The notes under the pieces are model-generated. The model was not told where the DNA came from. It worked only from the letters and a program-made list of their open reading frames with translations, and did not search any database. This document shows, in pieces, positions 8,109 to 15,309 of a DNA stretch of 64,000 bases (its first letter is position 1; every line of letters begins with the position of its first letter). The DNA lies in the NCBI GenBank assembly GCA_963628785.1, contig CAVGGQ010000001.1:23969-87968 (forward strand). Reading direction: 5' to 3'. Made by a program: the position numbers and the translations under genes. Source of the DNA: Oscillospiraceae bacterium. Its GTDB lineage: Bacteria > Bacillota > Clostridia > Oscillospirales > Oscillospiraceae.

Positions 8109-9705
8109 GGCCAAAATGAAGAAAGCCCTGAAAGATTTCTGGTACGGCAAGCCGCACGGTGAACGCCGCCTCGGCGACATCATGCTCGACAAGACCGGCC
8201 TCTATAAGCACCGCGAGTGGCGCGGCGTGAAGGACACCTTCTACTACTTCAACAACATTTGGCTCTACAACTACGGCCAGATGATCGCCGACATTCTCAA
8301 GAGCGAAGACCCCATCGCCTTCTTCAAGGGCGTTTGGCGTTACCGCTGGGTCGGCCAGACCTATCTCCCCGTGCTGCACTGGTTTGACCGCGGCTTGCAG
8401 GGCCTCCGCGGCGACGCGCTTCGCGCCTCTGCGTGGCACTACCGTGCGATGGTCTGCGTGACCATTCAGCAGTTCCAGCGCATGTTCGCTGCCGACGCAA
8501 AGCTCAACGGCGGCAAGCACAATGACTACTATGAGCACACCATGGCGCACAAAGAGACCGTCTGGGGCGGCATCTTCTATCCGTGGTCCGACAAGTTCAA
8601 GAACGTTCCTCTGGAAATGATCCCGTACTTTGTCACCTGCCATGTGAATAGCCACACCGTGCTCAACTACATCGATGCCGTGCAGTCCATCGGCCTCCCG
8701 GGCGACCCCTGCCCGATGTGCCAGGCCGAGGCCGGCATCTTCGTCCTCGACGATGTGCCCGATTATTCGCCTCTCTTCGTAACATCCAACGAAGCGTGCG
8801 ACGCGTCCGTCGCGAGCACCGCTCTGCAGGACTGGTTCTTCGATAAGCCGCTCTACGCCATGCCGCAGCCGATGCAGTTTGACGATCCCATCGTCAAGAA
8901 GTACTGCGCCAAGGAGATCGAGGGCGCCTGGAAGTTCATCGAAGAGCAGACCGGCGTTCCGTTCAACTGGGATCTTCTCGTCAAGCGTGTCGAGGCTCAG
9001 AACGAGCTTCAGCGCTTCGAGTGGGAGAAGTGGGATGTGGCCGCCAACACCGATTACTATCCCATCAACGGCGTTGCGCAGGCTCTCTACCGCATCTATC
9101 AGTCTCAGTACGGCGACAACTACATCTGGCACGAGGTCGACGCGCGTGTCCGCAAGATCATGGAGCGCTGCGTGCAGAACAAGAACATCACGTTCCCTAA
9201 TACCCGCCACCGCGTCATTGCATGGTCGTGCGCACCGCTTTATTACTCCAACTGGTGCACATGGGCGTACAACTGCTGGGGTCTCAATGTTGTTATCAAC
9301 ATGGACTCCCTCATGTTCGACATGACCATCCGTACCGACAACTACGAAGACTGCCTCGAGGATATCGCCCAGTACCACATGTGGGCTCCGATGCGCCGTA
9401 TGGCCGTCGGCGGCATGCAGCACTTCTTCGAGCTGTGGAAGTACATGGAACGTTTCAACTGCGACATGGTCGCCATGTATGATCAGCTCCAGTGCAAGGG
9501 CGCGCAGGGCATGCACGGCGTCTTTGAGGACGAGTTCCGCAAGCGCAACATCCATGCCTTCTGGATTCCGCACGCGCTGCCCGACTGCCGCACCGTTTCC
9601 CGCGCGGAGATCCGCCGCATCATCAATGATTACATGACCACCGTCATGCACGAAGAACCGCTCGATCCGTCGCTCCTCGATTTTGACGACTCCATGAGCT
9701 GGTAA
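8101..9705 (+). CDS. 2-hydroxyacyl-CoA dehydratase family alpha (HgdA-like) subunit, copy 2
   Basis: 534 aa, with an 8-nt overlap onto the upstream gene. Motifs: PGDPCPMCQAEAGIFVLD, TSNEACDASVAST, IAWSCAPLYY, and a REWRGVKDTFYYF N-terminal motif shared with copy 1. Confidence 0.75.
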   Translation: MDKAKMKKALKDFWYGKPHGERRLGDIMLDKTGLYKHREWRGVKDTFYYFNNIWLYNYGQMIADILKSEDPIAFFKGVWRYRWVGQTYLPVLHWFDRGLQGLRGDALRASAWHYRAMVCVTIQQFQRMFAADAKLNGGKHNDYYEHTMAHKETVWGGIFYPWSDKFKNVPLEMIPYFVTCHVNSHTVLNYIDAVQSIGLPGDPCPMCQAEAGIFVLDDVPDYSPLFVTSNEACDASVASTALQDWFFDKPLYAMPQPMQFDDPIVKKYCAKEIEGAWKFIEEQTGVPFNWDLLVKRVEAQNELQRFEWEKWDVAANTDYYPINGVAQALYRIYQSQYGDNYIWHEVDARVRKIMERCVQNKNITFPNTRHRVIAWSCAPLYYSNWCTWAYNCWGLNVVINMDSLMFDMTIRTDNYEDCLEDIAQYHMWAPMRRMAVGGMQHFFELWKYMERFNCDMVAMYDQLQCKGAQGMHGVFEDEFRKRNIHAFWIPHALPDCRTVSRAEIRRIINDYMTTVMHEEPLDPSLLDFDDSMSW

Positions 9706-9723
9706 TGAGGGAGGAAGAAAGAA

Positions 9724-9915
9724 ATGCGTAAAGTTCTGAAAGTATTCGGCAAGATCGCCGCTATTCTGGCCGGCATCTATGCTCTGCTGTTCGCAGTGTT
9801 CTACTTCGACCTCGACGGCAAGCTGCTCTACTATGTCGTAGAGCCGTTCCTCGTAAAGCACTACGACAATATGCCCCGCGAAGACGTCACCAAGCGAGCC
9901 TACAAAATCAAGTAA
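9724..9915 (+). CDS. 63-aa single-TM peptide, paralogue of 5983-6150
   Basis: MRKVLKVFGKIAAILAGIYALLFAVFYFDLDGKLLYY.. A GAGGGAGG SD lies upstream. It sits directly after the alpha-2 gene. Confidence 0.65.
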   Translation: MRKVLKVFGKIAAILAGIYALLFAVFYFDLDGKLLYYVVEPFLVKHYDNMPREDVTKRAYKIK

Positions 9916-9921
9916 ATTTAA

Positions 9922-10080
9922 GGCAACACCGCACAATGTCGTCTGCGGCGCTTTGCGGATCTTTTTCGCCGACTCTGCGTCATCAAGCCTTGCCATACAC
10001 AAAGTATGGCTGCGGCTATCTTCCTTGATTCGACGAATAATCTTTCGCAAATCGCACTTGCCGAATTATGCGGTGTTGCC
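9922..10080 (+). repeat. MITE-like intergenic repeat, copy A (long form, about 159 bp) with 16-bp imperfect terminal inverted repeats
   Basis: The left end is GGCAACACCGCACAATGTCGTCTGCGGCGCTTT and the right end is AAATCGCACTTGCCGAATTATGCGGTGTTGCC. It aligns end to end with 54837-54996 and shares the centre CCTTGC-ATACACAAAGTAT-GCTGCG. Confidence 0.8.
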
Positions 10081-10096
10081 TAAAGCCAATCAATAC

Positions 10097-10136
10097 CAAA
10101 AGCGGCGCAGTCCCAACCGACTGCGCCGCTTGTTTC
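10097..10136. terminator. Bidirectional rho-independent terminator
   Basis: Stem GCGGCGCAGT (10102-10111) pairs with ACTGCGCCGC (10120-10129). It is flanked by AAAA on the left and TTGTTT on the right, between convergent operons. Confidence 0.7.
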
Positions 10137-10159
10137 ATGTTCGAGTGAAGATTTTGCGA

Positions 10160-11893
10160 TCAACCCGTGATTATTTTCCAAATGCCTCGGAAGAAGCGCC
10201 CGTTGGCGATCTCCACCATGCCGGGCATCAGGCCGCCTTTGATGCCGCCGGAGATCTGCATGCTGCGGATGGGCGCTCCGGCGGAGGAGTTCATCATCAT
10301 CCGGAAGTCCGGGTCATTGTAATCGGCCTTGCCGTCAAACCCATTGACCACGGTCTTTTCTATGGCCTTGTACATCATGTTCATCAAAAGGCTTTGGTCT
10401 TTCATTTCCATCACGGTATTTTCCGTAGTGAAGGAACCTTTTTTTGCCTCGGACGGCGTGTAGGTGCATCCCAAAGCCGCTTCCCAATCCTTTCGGTTCG
10501 GCTTCCCGCTGCAGTGCTCATACCAGCTGCCTGCCTGCCATGCCGCAACGCTCAAACAGTCGCCGGACTTTTCGATATCCGCCGTCAGTCCGCCGACGGA
10601 AACGGTATAGTGTCCCGCAGGCACCTTCCATCCGTCCTGCCATACGGCAAAGCTGCGCTCCGATAGTTCGAAGGTGACGGTGCGTTTCTCGTCGGGCTCC
10701 AGGAATACCTTTCGGAAACCTTTGAGTTCGCGAAGCGGGCGGTGCACTCCGTCTTGCGGCGCGGCGATATACAGCTGCACGACTTCCGCACCGGCACATT
10801 TGCCGGTGTTTTTCACCGTTGCTTTCACGGAATTTCCCGATACCTTCAAACCGGAATAGGCAAATTTCGTGTAGCTGAGTCCGAACCCGAACGCCCAGCG
10901 CACCGGAACGCCGGCTTTTTCGTAGTAACGATAGCCGACATACATGCCTTCCTCGTAGAGCGCATCGGTCGTCTTGCCGTAGATCTCCGAGGTCGGTATA
11001 TCCGCATAGCTCATCGGCCAGCTCTCGGCGAGCCTGCCGCAGGGGTATGCGCGGCCGTACAGGAGATCCGCAATGGCTTCGCCGCCCGCCTCGCCGGGCA
11101 GACCCATATAAAGAATTCCCTTGACGCTGTCCGACCATGGGCATTCCACAGCGCTTCCGCATAGCAGCACGACCACGGTGTTCGGATTGGCTTTCGCCGC
11201 CGCTTCAATCATACGGATATGCCCCTCGGGCATTTTTATATCGTTCCGGTCAAATCCTTCGGATTCGCATCGAGAGGGGAGACCCGCAAAAACGATCACC
11301 GTATTGGCATTCGATGCGGCGCTTTTTACATAAGCGCACATGACAGTGGAAGGCTTGCCCTCTTTTACGGCAATTTCAAAAGCGGTGAGGTAGAGCTCCC
11401 GCAGTGTTCGTTCATCGAGAATGCTGTCGGAGGTGAGCCGATCCAGCTCCTGCGAGTTGTCGGCAAAGTGTTTTAGGCTTGTGCCGATGCCCTGCGATTC
11501 CGCACCGCGGATAAATCCGGCGGCCAGCTTTCCCGCAAGATAGGGATCTTCACTGAAATACTCAAAAATCCGTCCACACAGCGGACTGCGTTTTATGTTG
11601 GCACCCGGCCCCAAAACGAGCCCGACGCCCTGCTTGCGCGCTTCCTCTCCGATGGCACGACCAATGGCTTCCGTGAGCTCGGGGTTCCAGCTGCCTGCTG
11701 TCGTGACCTCGGCCGGGAAACAGGTCGCCGGACGGGAATTGTTCACGCCCAGCATATCGGTCGTGCCCTCCTGCTTGCGCAGACCGTGAGGGCCGTCGCA
11801 CATGAACATCGAAGGAATGCCGTACTTTTCAAACTTTTTTGTTTGCCAAAAGCTCGCGCCGGAGCAAAGAGCGACCTTGTCCTCCAACGACAT
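10160..11893 (-). CDS. GH3 beta-glucosidase homologue carrying an in-frame internal deletion (nucleophile region missing); probably inactive
   Basis: MSLEDKVALCSG..CDGPHGLRKQ..FEYFSEDPYLAG..KHFADNSQE..VMCAY then directly VKSAASNANTVIVFAGLPSRCESEGFDR. The intact paralogue at 55023-57419 has about 190 extra residues there, including VITDWGG. The start is uncertain; the 709-aa track ORF has a non-homologous N-terminal extension that overlaps the PAP2 gene. Confidence 0.7.
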   Translation of the reverse strand: MSLEDKVALCSGASFWQTKKFEKYGIPSMFMCDGPHGLRKQEGTTDMLGVNNSRPATCFPAEVTTAGSWNPELTEAIGRAIGEEARKQGVGLVLGPGANIKRSPLCGRIFEYFSEDPYLAGKLAAGFIRGAESQGIGTSLKHFADNSQELDRLTSDSILDERTLRELYLTAFEIAVKEGKPSTVMCAYVKSAASNANTVIVFAGLPSRCESEGFDRNDIKMPEGHIRMIEAAAKANPNTVVVLLCGSAVECPWSDSVKGILYMGLPGEAGGEAIADLLYGRAYPCGRLAESWPMSYADIPTSEIYGKTTDALYEEGMYVGYRYYEKAGVPVRWAFGFGLSYTKFAYSGLKVSGNSVKATVKNTGKCAGAEVVQLYIAAPQDGVHRPLRELKGFRKVFLEPDEKRTVTFELSERSFAVWQDGWKVPAGHYTVSVGGLTADIEKSGDCLSVAAWQAGSWYEHCSGKPNRKDWEAALGCTYTPSEAKKGSFTTENTVMEMKDQSLLMNMMYKAIEKTVVNGFDGKADYNDPDFRMMMNSSAGAPIRSMQISGGIKGGLMPGMVEIANGRFFRGIWKIITG

Positions 11894-11928
11894 AGAGTCT
11901 ATGATTTGGTTTACATAATAATCGTCCG

Positions 11929-12786
11929 TTATTTGTTCTCCGTTTTGTTTTTCAATAGGACGGCGTCCGTGAGCGCTCTTGCCAGGAGAAATGAGAGCAG
12001 CATAAAGAAGGCACCCGCGGTCACATCCGATGCAAAGTGCGCAGCCAGGACGATGCGTCCGACGCCGATGACCACCGCCCATAAAAGCCCCGCGCCGAGG
12101 AAATATGCGCGCTTTCCCCTGAACTTTTCCAAAACATCGCAGAGCAGCACATAGAGGCAGGCAGCGGCCGCTTTGGATGCATGCCCGGAGGGGAAGGAAT
12201 CTCCGCCGAGTGCCGAAGAGCGAGGTTCGTACCAGACGCAAAAATCGGAATACGGTGCCGTGAGATCGCGCATGCGCGGCCGATCCCAAAAAGATTTGAG
12301 CACATTCACAAAGAGCTCCTGCAGCATTACGGTGACGACTACGATGAGTGCCGCGCGAATGACCTCGTCCCGATGCATGGAGAGGAGCTTTTTCGCGGCA
12401 AACAGAGCGCCGATGCCCATAGCCGTTCCGAGCGTTGCTCCGAGAATGAGCGCGAGCTTCGTGCTCGTATACTTCACGGAGAAGAAAAAGATGAAGAATC
12501 CGTACTCAAATGTGCCGATGAAGCAGATGACCGCCCCCAAAATGCGCCCAAAGCTCTTCTTCTGCCAAAGCGCCGTAAAGAGCACGGCAAAGGACATCAT
12601 CACGAGGAGATCCAGAGGGATCTCGCTGGCCCACTCCGCAAACTTTCCGAAGCCGCTTTCCGTATTCACGTGCGCCAGGGAGCTGTCAAGGTCAAAAAAC
12701 GCGAACAGGGCCATCAAAACCGCGAAAACGCCGATCAGTGCCAACAGACATTTCTTTGTGGAGTAAGACTCTTTGATTTCGTTCAT
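11929..12786 (-). CDS. PAP2-family membrane phosphatase
   Basis: 285 aa and polytopic. PAP2 motifs: KSFWDRPRM, FPSGHAS, GRIVLAAHFASD. Its start overlaps the upstream stop (ATGA). Confidence 0.8.
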   Translation of the reverse strand: MNEIKESYSTKKCLLALIGVFAVLMALFAFFDLDSSLAHVNTESGFGKFAEWASEIPLDLLVMMSFAVLFTALWQKKSFGRILGAVICFIGTFEYGFFIFFFSVKYTSTKLALILGATLGTAMGIGALFAAKKLLSMHRDEVIRAALIVVVTVMLQELFVNVLKSFWDRPRMRDLTAPYSDFCVWYEPRSSALGGDSFPSGHASKAAAACLYVLLCDVLEKFRGKRAYFLGAGLLWAVVIGVGRIVLAAHFASDVTAGAFFMLLSFLLARALTDAVLLKNKTENK

Positions 12787-13580
12787 TTACTTTCCCTCAT
12801 TTCATAGGTCTTGCATCCCGCACTCTGCGTAACCACCTGTCCGTCGGGCAGACGAACCTCGGCTGTGCAGTTGACGGGTACGGTAACGGAAAACGCACAT
12901 CCGGTCTCCGTTCTTGTCCAGCCACTCTCCACGCGTCCGTACAGACTGTTGTATGCGGCCTTTGCGTGCATAAAGCGTCCGCCGGGGCGCGGGGCAATGA
13001 TAAAGCGGTTTTCACCGCCGATGCGGATGCCGCACATCGTATCAAAAAGCCAGCGGCACACGGCACCCTTGGAATAGTGATCGAGCGAAGCCACGCCGCT
13101 TCCCTTGGCACGGTCACCTTCCCACGACTCCCAAATGGTCGTTGCGCCGCTCTTCGGCATGAAGAGCCATCGGGGCATTTCCTCATTTTCGAGAAGCCAG
13201 TAGGCGGCTTCCAAATCAATGTCCGCAAGCACATCGAGGATCAGCGGGGTGGAGAGGAAACCGGTGCCAAGCCGCCAGCCGTAGTTTTCAAGCGCCGTAA
13301 GAAGCCGCTTTTTTGCAAATTCGGTCTGCTCTTCATTGAGCAGGCGGAAAGCGAGTGGGCGCACCAGCTGCGCCTGACGGTCGGTGTCGAGCGTGAATTC
13401 TTTCGTTTTCATCATGGCCTGATAGGCTCTGCGGCAGCCGTCGCTGTATTCTTTATACTTTGCAATATCCGCGCGGTGGCCGAGCTCATCGGCAATCTCA
13501 CACATCAGATCCATGATAGGCCTAGAGCAAACCACGGGCTTTGCCCGCGGTGATTGGATCAACCACTGGAGCAACGCCGC
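12783..13580 (-). pseudogene. C-terminal remnant of a GH78 alpha-L-rhamnosidase
   Basis: Only about the last 260 residues are homologous: ..GTGFLSTPLILDVLADIDLEAAYWLLENEEMPRWLFMPKSGATTIWESWEG..SLDHYSKGAVCRWLF..IAPRPGG. The N-terminal part of the 383-aa track ORF is out-of-frame read-through of the transporter remnant. Confidence 0.7.
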
Positions 13581-13900
13581 TAACTTAGTGACATTGACGG
13601 ACGCGCCTTGCCCTCCGGCGTATGGGTACGGTCGATGATGTAGCCCATGATCACATTGGTGATAGCGTCGATGATTTTTGAAACTATGGGGAAGATGACC
13701 AGAAAGGCGCCGTCTGCGATACGCGTAAGATCGAGAACGTCGGTGTAGTAGACATTGAGATAGGTACCAAGCGCGGCATTGAGAAGCAGTGCTCCCGCAG
13801 GTCCGAGCAGATAGCCGAGCCAACGCTCCTTCGGTGTGACATTTTCGGAAGTGATCTTGCTCCGGAATATCTTCCGGCTCATAAGAGTTTCGCCGTTCAT
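13580..13900 (-). pseudogene. N-terminal remnant (about 100 aa) of a GPH-family glycoside:cation symporter
   Basis: [84 protein letters not shown], then a premature stop. A GGAGGAA SD lies upstream. A full GPH carrier is about 450-500 aa. Confidence 0.7.
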
Positions 13901-13993
13901 GTTTCGTTCCTCCGTTTTTGGGCATGTATTCCATTCGTATAATACCATGCCGATTTTCCGTTGTCAGTATAGCACAAGAGAAAAAGCCTTCAC

Positions 13994-14022
13994 TTGCATT
14001 TTCGTTACCGATACGATATAAT
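13994..14022 (+). promoter_or_regulatory. Putative sigma-A promoter of the interrupted AraC gene
   Basis: TTGCAT (13994-13999), 17 nt, TATAAT (14017-14022). Confidence 0.5.
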
Positions 14023-14055
14023 TGTATTCAAAATACGATGTGTGGGAGACAGTGT

Positions 14056-15255
14056 ATGGGAACGATCGATTTAGCGTATCTCTGCACGACCATCGGCAAC
14101 CTCTCCGGCGTGCCGGTACGCATTTTCGAAGGGGAGCGGCAGACATTTTTTTATTCGCAGTGTACCCTGCCGCGCGACCCGATAAACATATGCCGCGATA
14201 AGATTTTTGCCGTTTCCTCGCATATCGGGTATGTAACGACGAGCCGCTTCCATTACTACGGCATAATAAACTCCGGCAATACAAAAGTCGTCATAGGACC
14301 GACCCGCCAGATCGCCGAGACCGACCAGGAGCTGCGCGAGCTTGCTTTTCGCATCGATGTGCCGCCCGACGAAATACCGCAATTCATTTCCGGCATGAAA
14401 GGCATCATGCGAATGCCCATCGAGAGTATCCTGCAGGTCTTGTGCACCATGAACCATGTGCTCAACGGCGAGAAGCTTTCCCTCAAAGACATCGCCATCC
14501 ACGAGACCGAGCAGGAAAAGCTCATCGCTTTGCAGACGAGAGAACAGGTGGAGCAGATGCTTTCAGCCCTGAAGGATGAATACGCAGGTTTACATAATAC
14601 ATACGATATCGAGCAAACCATCCTGCGCATCGTGCGAAAAGGGGATACAGCTGCGCTTCGTGAATGGGAAGCGCATGCACCGGCCCTTCGCGGCGGCGTG
14701 CTGGCGGAAGAAACGCTTCGCCAGAGAAAGAATACCTTCATCGTTATGGCTACGCTCGTCTGCCGCGCCGCCATCCGCGGCGGAATGGATGTGGACGATG
14801 CCTTCTCTTACAGCGATTCTTATATCCGTGAGTGCGAGCGCCTCTCCTTGCCGAATGACATCACGAATCTCTAATACCGCATGGTGCTCGATTATACCGA
14901 GCGAGTGGAACGCCTGTAGCCCGGCAAGCAGCCCTCGAAGCTGACGATCGATGTGACGAATTATATTCGGCACCACCTCTCCGAGGCCATCACGGCCGAG
15001 CGGATCGCAGATGAGCGTTATCTGAGCCGCCCGTACCTTTCCCGCAAATTTAAGGAGGAGACCGGCGAGACGCTGACGGATTTCATTCTGAAAGAAAAAA
15101 CGGAGGAAGCCAAGCGCCTCCTCCGCTATTCGGAAAAATCCGTGACCGCCATCAGCTCGTATCTCGGCTTTTCCTCGCCGAGCCACTTCTCCCGTGTATT
15201 TAAAAAATACGCCGCGCGCACTCCGCAGGAGTACCGCGAAAAATACGAAGTATAG
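14056..15255 (+). pseudogene. AraC-family regulator interrupted by two in-frame stop codons
   Basis: The track ORFs 13918-14874 and 14953-15255 are in the same frame. Stops are TAA at 14872-14874 and TAG at 14917-14919 (..ITNL*YRMVLDYTERVERL*PGKQ..). The C-terminal HTH (SRPYLSRKFKEETG..SSYLGFSSPSHFSRVFKKY) lies after the stops. A GGGAGA SD precedes the ATG at 14056. Confidence 0.75.
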
Positions 15256-15263
15256 AATAAGAA

Positions 15264-15309
15264 ACGCACAGGGCCGGACAGCTTGCCGACCCTGTGCGTA
15301 TAATTTTTT
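15264..15309. terminator. Bidirectional terminator between convergent genes
   Basis: A 13-bp stem pairs CGCACAGGGCCGG (15265-15277) with CCGACCCTGTGCG (15286-15298), with one mismatch. ATAATTTTTTT follows. Confidence 0.7.

Noticed and set aside
8068-10050. 660-aa minus-strand ORF, and similar long antisense ORFs: 2112-3305, 4912-5871, 15352-16635, 21629-22615, 22359-23783, 24370-25296, 25699-26811, 26841-27752, 32041-33213, 39833-41482, 41311-42771, 42775-43767, 51073-52626, 57785-59488, 61186-62349
   Set aside because: All lie opposite genes with strong family motifs. They have Arg/Ala/Gly/His-rich compositions typical of mirror frames in G+C-rich DNA, and they lack SD sequences.
9953-10666. 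237-aa plus ORF starting inside repeat copy A (and the 54792-55007 and 54895-55200 ORFs inside copy C)
   Set aside because: The apparent peptide similarity (LAIHKV-LR) just reflects nucleotide identity of the repeat. The rest of the ORF is antisense to the GH3 gene.
10160-12289. Full 709-aa track ORF taken as the GH3 gene
   Set aside because: The first roughly 130 residues are Arg/Cys-rich non-homologous read-through that overlaps the PAP2 gene in another frame. GH3 homology begins near MSLEDKV (11893).
12783-13934. 383-aa track ORF taken as one intact protein
   Set aside because: Only its C-terminal two-thirds is GH78-like. The N-terminal third is an out-of-frame reading of the GPH transporter remnant.
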